A stretch of DNA of 64,000 bases from Candidatus Fervidifonticultor sextus (GTDB lineage Bacteria; Sysuimicrobiota; Sysuimicrobiia; Sysuimicrobiales; Humicultoraceae). The translations under genes were made by a program, and so were the position numbers. Positions 17,905 to 25,808 of the stretch are shown here, piece by piece. The stretch lies in assembly GCA_031459875.1 (NCBI GenBank), contig JAVKHQ010000006.1, positions 1 through 64,000 on the forward strand. Reading direction: 5' to 3'. The notes below the pieces were generated by a model, which saw nothing but the letters and a program-made list of their open reading frames with translations, made no database searches and had not been told where the DNA came from. Each line of letters begins with the position of its first letter. Position 1 is the first letter of the stretch.

Positions 17905-19100
17905 TGCCGCGCGCCCAGTCCCCTGAAGATCAGCAGCCGCAGCGGGTACGCCTGCATGACGATCAGGGTCCCGTCTGGAGTCGCGGTCGAGCCCTGGATG
18001 ATGAGCTCGCGCGTCGTCGCCCGCGAATATCCCGCTGGCGGGGGTGGCAGCGTCGCCACCCGTCCTACCACCTGCGGCAGGCCCTGGTCGGGCCACACGC
18101 GCAGGATGAAGAGGTCCCTCCCTCCCCCTCCCGGCAGCAAGCCCGTGTAATACACCGCCCCGTCTGGAGCGGCGGTCATCGTGTAGTGCACCCCGGGAGT
18201 CGTGTATCCCTCCGGTACCGCCGCGCCCAGCATCCGCAAGCCGACCTCCCGCTCGCGCGGATCGTAGAGGTAGACCTGCCCGGTCTCCTTTCCCACACCG
18301 AAGAACCGCCGTCCGTCGGCTGAGACGGCCAGCGCGTACGGCGGCTCATAGGTTCCCGTCCCCGACATCACCAGCGGCAGCCGCTCGATGCGCCCCGCGG
18401 CGGCGTTGTAGCGTGCCATCGCGTTTGGGCCGAACTGATGGAAGACGTCACCGTTGGCCAGCACGACCAGGTAGCGCGTGGGGTGCTCGCCTTCCGGACC
18501 CAGACGGCCGCGGTCGGCAAACGTCCGCGTGCGCGGATCGTAGACGATCAGGTGGCTCTCAGGGTCGCTGAGCACGTAGACGTTTCCCCGCACGCGGTCC
18601 AGCCCCACGGCGATGATGCTCATCCCCGGCGTCCCGGGCCTGGGGATGCCCAGGTCGGTCGTGGTCCGCGTGCGCGGATCGTAGACCAACAGGTGCCCGC
18701 CCGGGTACCGTTGCCAGGCGGGATCCTTGCTGCGGCCCCCCGACTTCGTCCCGAAGTAGACGCGCCCGTCCGGAGCGATGGCCGGCTTGGTGTGGACCTT
18801 CGCCTGACCGGCCGGCCCCGGCAGGCGCTCCCCGGTGGCCGCCGACATCTCGGCGAGGCTCTCGAACCGTCCCGTGCGCGGCGAGTAGGCGAGCAGGTGC
18901 CCGTAGCCGTTGTAGATTGTCGTGCCGATGTACACGGTCCCATCGGGGCCGGCCTGGATCGCCGTGTACGCGCCCCCGGTATGGTACTCTTCGGGGACGT
19001 AGACGATCGACGGGACGAGCACGCGGTCTGCCGACGCGAACGCCGTCGCCACGAACAGGATGGTAACAGCCAACCCCGCGACGCCGCGCCCTGCGACCAT
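17901..19100 (-). CDS. Secreted beta-propeller-like repeat protein
   Basis: Signal peptide, repeated YDPRT and PDG.VY.GT blades; GGAGG RBS. Confidence 0.8.
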   Translation of the reverse strand: MVAGRGVAGLAVTILFVATAFASADRVLVPSIVYVPEEYHTGGAYTAIQAGPDGTVYIGTTIYNGYGHLLAYSPRTGRFESLAEMSAATGERLPGPAGQAKVHTKPAIAPDGRVYFGTKSGGRSKDPAWQRYPGGHLLVYDPRTRTTTDLGIPRPGTPGMSIIAVGLDRVRGNVYVLSDPESHLIVYDPRTRTFADRGRLGPEGEHPTRYLVVLANGDVFHQFGPNAMARYNAAAGRIERLPLVMSGTGTYEPPYALAVSADGRRFFGVGKETGQVYLYDPREREVGLRMLGAAVPEGYTTPGVHYTMTAAPDGAVYYTGLLPGGGGRDLFILRVWPDQGLPQVVGRVATLPPPPAGYSRATTRELIIQGSTATPDGTLIVMQAYPLRLLIFRGLGARQ

Positions 19101-19136
19101 GATTCCCTCCTCCTTCCCCCCGACTGCCCTGCGGGA

Positions 19137-19164
19137 ATTCTCGCCCGGCGCATCCTTTACCTGC
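19137..19164 (-). promoter_or_regulatory. SigH-like promoter GCAGGTA-N12-GGCGAGAAT
   Basis: Both boxes identical to the 21287 site; 36 nt upstream of the ATG at 19100. Confidence 0.6.
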
Positions 19165-19185
19165 GCCGCTGTGGGTACAGTCTAA

Positions 19186-19213
19186 AAAGGAACGCAGTTG
19201 TCCAATAGAGAAA
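19186..19213 (+). promoter_or_regulatory. SigH-like promoter AAAGGAA-N12-ATAGAGAAA
   Basis: AGGA-N18-GAAA, divergent from the 19137 site, upstream of the histidine kinase. Confidence 0.5.
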
Positions 19214-19331
19214 TGCCGGATCCACACGCCTGTTCAGAGGAGCCGCTGCATCGGCGTGCCGATCGCGGAATCCGCGTGTGGGTGACCTTCCGGACGTTTG
19301 CCGGTACACGCGGGATGGCTGGAGGCCAGGC

Positions 19332-20432
19332 GTGCTGCTCGAAGACCTATTGGCGGCGCTCGCGCAGGCTGCCCGGGAGACGGTAGGGGACGATATCCGC
19401 GAATCGCTCAGCGCGGCCCTCGCGACGGGCCGCTCGCTGGTCGGCGCAGACGTCGTGGCCCTCCATGTCCCCTGCGGCGCCGACGGGCTCCTCGATGTGC
19501 GTGTTCCACCCGATGCCGCCTGGCCGCCGCTGGCGCTCCTGGAGCATTGGCGCGCCGAGGTCATCGACCGGGCCCGGCCCATCATGCTGGATACCCAGGG
19601 CGACCCGCCGTGGTCCGCCCCGCGAGCCGGCATCGTCCTGCCGCTGTTCGGTCACGGCGGCACCGTTGGCGTGCTGGGGGCGTTCCGGGGTGATCGGACG
19701 TTTGCCGCCGAGGAGGTTGCAGGGCTGCTGCTGCTGGCGCAGGTGGCGCTGTCGCGGGCGGAGGCCCGCCAGGTGCGCCGCCACGTGGAGGCCGTGACCA
19801 CGAGCGAGGTGCGCGACCGTCTAGCGCGGGAGATCCACGACGGCCCGCTACAGCGGCTGTCCGGGTTGATCCTTCATCTGCGGCACGCGCGGGCCGGCGA
19901 CGGGGAGGCGCTGCGCGAGGCGGTGCAGTGGCTGGAAGCCGAACTCGAGGCGACCGTCCGGCAGACGCGGCAGCTGATCCACACCCTGCGGCTGGCGGAC
20001 GCCGGGACCACGCTGGAGGAGCGCATCCGGGCCGCGCTCGCCCGTCTGGGGCAGACCCGGGGCCTGGCCGGGTCGCTGCAGTGGCAGATTCCGGAGGGCA
20101 CTCTGCCGTCGGCCGCCGCCGATCAACTGTTCCAGGTCATCAACGAGGCCCTGGCCAACATCTACCGCCACGCCGCCGCCAAGCGGGTGGACGTCGTCGG
20201 ACGGGTCTATGGCGGTGCCGTCGAGGTGACCGTGCGGGATGACGGCATCGGGTTCGATGTGGCCAAGGGCCTGCGGCATGACATCCGGCGGCTGTCCTTC
20301 GGCCTGCTCAGTATGCAGGAGCGCATCGCCGCGCTGGGGGGAACCCTGACCCTGCGGTCCCAGTCCGGGCGCGGCACCCGGGTGTTGATCCACCTTCCCC
20401 TCGGCCAGTTGCACACGGCCCAGAACGCCTGA
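19332..20432 (+). CDS. Cytoplasmic GAF-domain sensor histidine kinase (HisKA_3/NarX type)
   Basis: RLAREIHDGPLQ, EALANIYRHA, DDGIGFD, FGLLSMQER; GGAGG RBS before GTG. Confidence 0.9.
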   Translation: MLLEDLLAALAQAARETVGDDIRESLSAALATGRSLVGADVVALHVPCGADGLLDVRVPPDAAWPPLALLEHWRAEVIDRARPIMLDTQGDPPWSAPRAGIVLPLFGHGGTVGVLGAFRGDRTFAAEEVAGLLLLAQVALSRAEARQVRRHVEAVTTSEVRDRLAREIHDGPLQRLSGLILHLRHARAGDGEALREAVQWLEAELEATVRQTRQLIHTLRLADAGTTLEERIRAALARLGQTRGLAGSLQWQIPEGTLPSAAADQLFQVINEALANIYRHAAAKRVDVVGRVYGGAVEVTVRDDGIGFDVAKGLRHDIRRLSFGLLSMQERIAALGGTLTLRSQSGRGTRVLIHLPLGQLHTAQNA

Positions 20433-20446
20433 TCCCGCGATGTCGG

Positions 20447-20474
20447 GGAGGAATCGCGGGAAGGTGCGCCGAAA
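20447..20474 (+). promoter_or_regulatory. SigH-like promoter GGAGGAA-N12-GCGCCGAAA
   Basis: AGGA-N18-GAAA in the kinase/regulator intergenic region. Confidence 0.45.
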
Positions 20475-20627
20475 TCCGTGTGCAGAGCGCAACAGTTCCT
20501 TCGGTCGCACCCTGCATCGCATCGGTGTACCTGTCGGGCTCCGTCGCGGCGTGTTGATTTTTTGTCTTGAAGCGCGGCGCCCGGCCCATGGCCCGACGGG
20601 GGCTGCCGCCTCGCATGGAGGGACGGC

Positions 20628-21281
20628 GTGATCAACGTCCTGCTGGTTGAGGACCAATACCTCGTCCGGTCCGGCGTTCGAGTGCTCCTCGACCGGGAGT
20701 CGGACATTTGCGTCGTGGGGGAGGCCGCCGACGGCGAGGAAGCCGTTCGGATGGCCAGCGAGTTGAAGCCGGATCTGGTGCTGATGGACATCCGCCTGCC
20801 CAAGATGGACGGGATCGAGGCCACCCGGCACATCAAGACCGCCCACAACGATGTCGAAGTGCTGGTGCTGTCGGCCTACGAAGACGACGAGAGTGTCTTC
20901 CAGGCCATCCAGGCCGGCGCCAGCGGCTACGTGTTGAAGGACATCACCCCTACCAACCTCATCCGCGCCATCCGGGCGGTGCGGTCGGGCATGTCCACGG
21001 TGCACCCCGGCATCACGCGCCGGCTGCTGGACCGCATCTCGCTCATGTCCCGGAGCCGCGCGCCAGGGGGCGCGCCGCTCCACAGCGACGGCCTGACCGA
21101 CCGGGAACTCGAGATCCTGGTCGAGCTGGCCAAGGGCGCCAGCAGCCGCGAGATGGCGGCCCGGCTGTACGTCTCCGAGAGCACCGTCAAGAGTCACCTC
21201 CGGGCGATTTACCGCAAGATCGGCGCGCGGGGCCGGTCCCAGGCCGTCGCGTACGCCATCCGCAAGGGACTCGTCCGCTAA
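20628..21281 (+). CDS. NarL/LuxR family response regulator
   Basis: Receiver (VLMDIRLP, GYVLKD) plus LTDRELEIL..STVKSH HTH. Confidence 0.95.
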   Translation: MINVLLVEDQYLVRSGVRVLLDRESDICVVGEAADGEEAVRMASELKPDLVLMDIRLPKMDGIEATRHIKTAHNDVEVLVLSAYEDDESVFQAIQAGASGYVLKDITPTNLIRAIRAVRSGMSTVHPGITRRLLDRISLMSRSRAPGGAPLHSDGLTDRELEILVELAKGASSREMAARLYVSESTVKSHLRAIYRKIGARGRSQAVAYAIRKGLVR

Positions 21282-21286
21282 CCCGC

Positions 21287-21314
21287 GCAGGTACTCCGTT
21301 CCACAGGCGAGAAT
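21287..21314 (+). promoter_or_regulatory. SigH-like promoter GCAGGTA-N12-GGCGAGAAT
   Basis: Both boxes identical to the 19137 site; 34 nt upstream of the ATG at 21349. Confidence 0.6.
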
Positions 21315-21348
21315 CTCTCCTCGTTCTCGTCCCGCAAGGAGAGGCGCT

Positions 21349-21561
21349 ATGGCGCAGGACGTGAGCCTCGTCCCGATTCCCACCGCGCTCTACCGGCGCG
21401 TGGAAGCGGCCCTCGACCGCCTCGGGCAGCCCTCCGTTGAGGCCTTCGTCGCCTTCGCCGTCAGGGCGGCGCTGGGCGCCCACGAGCCGTCCGAGCCGCT
21501 CTCGGGCGACGAAGAGGCGAGAATCGTGGAGCGGCTCAGGCGGCTGGGCTACCTTGAGTAG
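21349..21561 (+). CDS. Small CopG/RHH-like protein with a C-terminal ERLRRLGYLE tail
   Basis: 70 aa, AGGAG RBS; VPIPTALYRRV..SVEAFV RHH-like N-terminus; LxxLGY tail. Confidence 0.7.
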   Translation: MAQDVSLVPIPTALYRRVEAALDRLGQPSVEAFVAFAVRAALGAHEPSEPLSGDEEARIVERLRRLGYLE

Positions 21562-21590
21562 CAGGGGCACATGGAACAGCAGGTGAGGCA

Positions 21591-22763
21591 ATGATCGCGC
21601 CCCACGGCGGCCGGCTGGTCAACCGCGTGCTCGAGGGGGAGGCGCGCGATGAGTGGCGCGCCCGCGCCGCCGACTTGCCGGCCGTCCCGGTCGGCCTGGA
21701 AGTCGCCTTCGACCTGGAGAACCTGGCCACCGGCGTCTTCTCCCCGCTGGAAGGATTCATGACGCGTGTGGAACTGGAGCACGTCTTGGAGCGCCGGCGC
21801 CTCCCCAGCGACCTGCCCTGGACGCTGCCGGTGGTCCTGGACGCCCCGCAGGACGCGATCGGTCGGGCCGAGCCCGGCGAGGCGGTGGCGCTGACGCACC
21901 GCGGCCGGCCCATGGCGATTCTTCACGTCTCCGACGTCTATCCCCTGGACCGCCGCGCGTTGGCCTTTGGGACCTACGGCACCCTCGACGAGCGGCATCC
22001 CGGGGTCCGGCGGGTTGCCCGCATGCACGACGTGCTGATCGGCGGCGCCGTAGACCTGATTGAGCGTGCTGACGACCCGTTCGCGTCCTACCGCCTGACG
22101 CCGGCGGAGACCCGCGTGTTGTTCCGGCTGCGCGGCTGGCGCACGGTCGTGGGCTTCCAGACGCGCAACGTCCCGCACATCGGGCACGAGTATGTCCAGA
22201 AGACGGCGCTGACGTTCGCCGACGGTCTGTTCATCAATCCGGTCATCGGACCGAAGAAGGCCGGCGACTTCAAGGACGAAGTCATCCTGGCGGCGTACGG
22301 CGCGCTGGTGGCGCACTACTTCCTGCGCGACCGGGCGGTGCTGGGGGTCTTCCGTACCGAGATGCGCTACGCGGGGCCACGCGAGGCCGTCTTCCACGCC
22401 ATCGTGCGGAAGAACTTCGGCTGCACCCACTTCATCGTGGGCCGCGACCACGCGGGGGTCGGCGACTTCTACGGGCCCTACGACGCCCACGCCATTTTCG
22501 ATGAGTTTCCTGATCTGGGCGTCGTGCCCCTGTTCTTCACCGCGTTCTTCTACTGTCGGCGCTGCGACGGGGTGGCCAACGAGAAGACCTGTCCCCACGG
22601 CTCAGACGACCGCATCCAGTTCAGCGGGACACGGCTGCGCCAGGCCCTGGAGGGTGGGGAGCCGGCTTCGGCCAGGCTGATCCGGCCGGAAGTGGCCGAG
22701 GTGATCGCGCGCTACCCCGAACCGCTGGTGGGCGCCGAGGACGCCGCGGGCCTCCCTTGCTGA
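21591..22763 (+). CDS. sat: Sulfate adenylyltransferase (ATP sulfurylase)
   Basis: PHGGRLV, FSPLEGFM, FQTRNVPHIGHE, MRYAGPREA, HFIVGRDHAG. Confidence 0.95.
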   Translation: MIAPHGGRLVNRVLEGEARDEWRARAADLPAVPVGLEVAFDLENLATGVFSPLEGFMTRVELEHVLERRRLPSDLPWTLPVVLDAPQDAIGRAEPGEAVALTHRGRPMAILHVSDVYPLDRRALAFGTYGTLDERHPGVRRVARMHDVLIGGAVDLIERADDPFASYRLTPAETRVLFRLRGWRTVVGFQTRNVPHIGHEYVQKTALTFADGLFINPVIGPKKAGDFKDEVILAAYGALVAHYFLRDRAVLGVFRTEMRYAGPREAVFHAIVRKNFGCTHFIVGRDHAGVGDFYGPYDAHAIFDEFPDLGVVPLFFTAFFYCRRCDGVANEKTCPHGSDDRIQFSGTRLRQALEGGEPASARLIRPEVAEVIARYPEPLVGAEDAAGLPC

Positions 22764-22770
22764 ACCACCC

Positions 22771-24153
22771 ATGCCGACGCGGAGATTGCTGATCGCCGGG
22801 CTGGACTGCGCGGCTCCGCGACTCGTCTTCGAGGCGTTCGCCGCCGACCTGCCGACGTTCCGCACCCTGATGAGTTCGGGCACCTATGGGATCCTGCACA
22901 GTTGCGACCCGCCCATTACCGTCCCGGCCTGGACGGTCATGGCGACCGGCAAGACGCCGGGCGAACTGGGGATGTATGGCTTTCGCCACCGCCGGGGTGC
23001 CTCGTACACCGAGGGGTGGATCGTGAGTTCGCAGACCGTGCAGACGCCCACCTACGCCGACCTGCTGGGCCGCGCCGGCAGGCATGTCTGCCTGGTCGGG
23101 GTCCCGCCGGGCTACCCGCCGCGGCCGGTGAACGGCTGCGCGGTGGCCTGCTTCCTCACCCCCGGGCCGGACAGCCCGGGAACCTATCCGGCCGCGCTCC
23201 GCGACGAGCTGCGTCGGGTCGCCCCGCGCTACCGGTACGACGTGGAGTTCCGCACCGAGGACCGGGACGCGCTGCGGTCCGACCTCTTCGACATGACCGA
23301 CCAGCACTTCCGGGCCGTCGAACACCTCCTGGTGACCCGGCCCTGGGACCTCTTCCAGTTCGTGGAGATCGGCGTGGACCGGCTCCACCACGCCTTCTGG
23401 AAGTTCTGGGACCGGACCCACCACAAGTACGTCCCCGGCAACCGGTACGAAGGGGTGATGCGGGAGTACTACCGGATGCTCGACCAGTGGCTGGGCCGGC
23501 TGCTCGAGCGGCTGCCGGACCGGACCGATGTCCTGGTCGTCTCCGACCACGGCGCCAAGGGCATGCGCGGGGCCTTCTGCATCAACCAGTGGTTGGTCGA
23601 GCAGGGCTACCTGACCCTGGCGCGGTGGCCTGAGGGCGTCACCTCGATCGAGAAGGCCGACGTCGACTGGTCCCGGACGGTGGCCTGGGGATGGGGGGGA
23701 TATTACGCCCGGATCTTCCTCAATGTGCGGGGCCGCGAGGCCCAGGGCGTCGTGGCGCCGGCCGACTACCCGTCCGTGCGGGCCGAACTGGCCGAGCGCC
23801 TGCGGACGATCCGCGACCCGAATGGCCGGGTGATGCAGACCCGCGTCCATGCCCCTGAGGACCTGTATCCCGCCTGCGCGGGGGACGCGCCCGACCTGCT
23901 GGTCTACCTGGACGACCTCTCCTGGCGGTCGGCCGGCACCATCGGCCACCCCTCCCTCTACCTGGACGAGAACGACACGGGCCCCGACGACGCCGTGCAC
24001 GCCCATGAGGGCCTCTACATCTGGCACCGGCCCGGCGCCTCCGGCGCCCGGCGTGTGGATGCGTCCATCTACGACGTGGCGCCGACGGTCCTGAGGGTGC
24101 TTGGGCTTGACGGAGAGGCTGGAGGCAGAGGACGGGGGATGGAGATCGAGTGA
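22771..24153 (+). CDS. Alkaline phosphatase superfamily (type I phosphodiesterase/nucleotide pyrophosphatase) protein
   Basis: IAGLDCA, PPITVPAW, DRLHH, VVSDHG, DDAVH motifs. Confidence 0.9.
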   Translation: MPTRRLLIAGLDCAAPRLVFEAFAADLPTFRTLMSSGTYGILHSCDPPITVPAWTVMATGKTPGELGMYGFRHRRGASYTEGWIVSSQTVQTPTYADLLGRAGRHVCLVGVPPGYPPRPVNGCAVACFLTPGPDSPGTYPAALRDELRRVAPRYRYDVEFRTEDRDALRSDLFDMTDQHFRAVEHLLVTRPWDLFQFVEIGVDRLHHAFWKFWDRTHHKYVPGNRYEGVMREYYRMLDQWLGRLLERLPDRTDVLVVSDHGAKGMRGAFCINQWLVEQGYLTLARWPEGVTSIEKADVDWSRTVAWGWGGYYARIFLNVRGREAQGVVAPADYPSVRAELAERLRTIRDPNGRVMQTRVHAPEDLYPACAGDAPDLLVYLDDLSWRSAGTIGHPSLYLDENDTGPDDAVHAHEGLYIWHRPGASGARRVDASIYDVAPTVLRVLGLDGEAGGRGRGMEIE

Positions 24154-24815
24154 GGCACCAACCCTCCGCTGCGGAGCAGGGCCCCGCCGCGGAGCAGGGC
24201 CCTGCCGCAATGCAGGGCCCCGGCGCAGGGCAGGGCCTCGATGCAGGGCAGGGTGGCGGACCACGGCAGGGCCTCGGGCGTCGCCAGGGCTGTGTCGTGT
24301 GGCTGACCGGGCTGCCCGGCTCGGGCAAGACCACGATCGCCACAGCCCTGGCCGAAGACCTCCGGCGCGAGGGCGTTCCGGTCGAGGTCCTCGACGGCGA
24401 CGAGATCCGCGCGCACCTCTCCCCCGAACTGGGTTTCAGCCCACCCGAACGCGAACTCCACAACCGCCGCGTGATCTTCCTGGCGAAGTTGCTCAGCCGC
24501 AACGGGATCGTGGCCATCGTGGCCCTCATCTCCCCCTACCGCGCGATCCGCGACGCCGCCCGGGCGGAACTGGGTCGCTTTGTTGAGGTCTGGGTGAAGT
24601 GCTCGGTTGAGGAATGCATGCGGCGCGACCCCAAGGGCCACTATCGGCGGGCCCTCGACGGCCAGAACCCGCAGATGACCGGTGTGCAGGCACCCTACGA
24701 GCCGCCGCCTGACCCGGAACTGATCGCCGATACCGAACAGTGGCCTGTTGAGCGCTGCGTGGCAGAGATCCGCCGCGTCCTGGTCGAGCAGGGGTATCTG
24801 AACGCCGCGACCTGA
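24150..24815 (+). CDS. cysC: Adenylyl-sulfate kinase with N-terminal repeat extension
   Basis: WLTGLPGSGKTT, LDGDEIR, LISPY, RDPKG, PYEPP. Confidence 0.92.
   Translation: MRHQPSAAEQGPAAEQGPAAMQGPGAGQGLDAGQGGGPRQGLGRRQGCVVWLTGLPGSGKTTIATALAEDLRREGVPVEVLDGDEIRAHLSPELGFSPPERELHNRRVIFLAKLLSRNGIVAIVALISPYRAIRDAARAELGRFVEVWVKCSVEECMRRDPKGHYRRALDGQNPQMTGVQAPYEPPPDPELIADTEQWPVERCVAEIRRVLVEQGYLNAAT
24166..24291 (+). repeat. 7 x 18-bp degenerate tandem repeat in the 5' end of cysC
   Basis: ccgctgcggagcagggcc, ccgccgcggagcagggcc, ctgccgcaatgcagggcc, ccggcgcagggcagggcc and three more degenerate units; encodes xxxQG hexapeptides. Confidence 0.85.
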
Positions 24816-24850
24816 GGGGGTGCTTCCCGCCCGGTTCGCTGCCCACCCGG

Positions 24851-24898
24851 GTATTGACAACAGGAGAATTATTGACAATACTGTTGTTAGATCTCCTG
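24851..24898 (+). promoter_or_regulatory. Heat-shock operon promoter/operator region
   Basis: TTGACA at 24854 and 24872; palindrome TATTGACAATA; inverted repeats ACAACAG/CTGTTGT and CAGGAGA/TCTCCTG. Confidence 0.6.
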
Positions 24899-24951
24899 AC
24901 AGAGATAGTGGTATGAGAAGTCAGCGGGAGGCTGTCCAGGAGCAGAGTCGG

Positions 24952-25281
24952 ATGCAGGAGCACAGGAAGGGCCGCCCGGTTTACGTGATCAGCGTGGCGG
25001 CCGAGATTACCGGGCTCCACCCCAGGACCCTGCGGATCTACGAGGAGCGGGGCCTGCTGAACCCGGTGCGCCGCAACCGGATCCGGCTCTACTCGGACGA
25101 GGACATCGAGCGGGTGCGCCTGATCCGCCAGTTGATCGAGGCGTACCGGCTCAACCTGGCCGGCGTCCGGCTGATCCTGGAGATGTACGAGCGGTTTCAG
25201 GTGTCGCGCGACGGCAACACGGCCGTGGAGTGGCTGATCGAACGCATCCTGGAGCACGGAAGGAGGGAACAGGTACGATGA
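24952..25281 (+). CDS. hspR: MerR-family heat-shock repressor
   Basis: PVYVISVAAE..HPRTLRIYE..RLYSDEDI..NLAGV; heads the chaperone operon. Confidence 0.85.
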   Translation: MQEHRKGRPVYVISVAAEITGLHPRTLRIYEERGLLNPVRRNRIRLYSDEDIERVRLIRQLIEAYRLNLAGVRLILEMYERFQVSRDGNTAVEWLIERILEHGRREQVR

Positions 25282-25721
25282 GCCTGATGCGGTGGGATCC
25301 GTTCGACGAGATCATGTCGCTTCGGGAGTCCATGGACCGGCTGTTCGAGGACTTCTTCACCCGCCGGCCCAGGACCGCGGGGCCCCTGGTCTGGCAGCCC
25401 GCGGTGGAGGTCGCCGAGACCGACACGGACGTGATCGTCAAGGCGGAACTGCCGGGGATTGACCCCAAGAACGTCGAGGTCTCCGTGACCGACGACGGGC
25501 TGACCATTAAGGGGGAGGCCCGTGCCGAGCAGGAGGAGAAGAAGCGGAACTTCTACCGGCGCGAACTGCGCTACGGGATGTTCCAGCGCACGATCCCCCT
25601 GCCGACCGAGGTGAAGGGGGATGAGGCCAAGGCCACGTTCCGGCACGGCATCCTTGAGGTGAAGGTGCCCAAGGCGGAGCGGGTCCGGCCCAAGGCCATC
25701 AAGGTCGAGGTGGAGTCCTGA
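25278..25721 (+). CDS. Hsp20/alpha-crystallin small heat-shock protein
   Basis: RWDPF, AELPG, YGMFQRTIPLP, ATFRHGILEV. Confidence 0.95.
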   Translation: MSLMRWDPFDEIMSLRESMDRLFEDFFTRRPRTAGPLVWQPAVEVAETDTDVIVKAELPGIDPKNVEVSVTDDGLTIKGEARAEQEEKKRNFYRRELRYGMFQRTIPLPTEVKGDEAKATFRHGILEVKVPKAERVRPKAIKVEVES

Positions 25722-25740
25722 GCGCGGGGCAGGGAACGTC

Positions 25741-25778
25741 CGGCCCGCCGGCCGCCGGGACAGCCGGCCGGCGGGCCG
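25741..25778 (+). terminator. Perfect 14-bp GC stem-loop between hsp20 and dnaK
   Basis: CGGCCCGCCGGCCG-10nt-CGGCCGGCGGGCCG; no U tract, so probably an mRNA stabiliser or attenuator. Confidence 0.5.
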
Positions 25779-25808
25779 ACCATCAGGGCCTGAGAAGGGA
25801 GTATCGCC

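Noticed and set aside
1..18516. Duplicated gene 3' end with a variable segment as a DGR template/variable repeat pair
   Set aside because: Differences are mostly synonymous and not adenine-specific, both copies are coding, and no reverse transcriptase is present
24166..24291. Repeat array as CRISPR
   Set aside because: Contiguous in-frame 18-mers without spacers; no cas genes in the window
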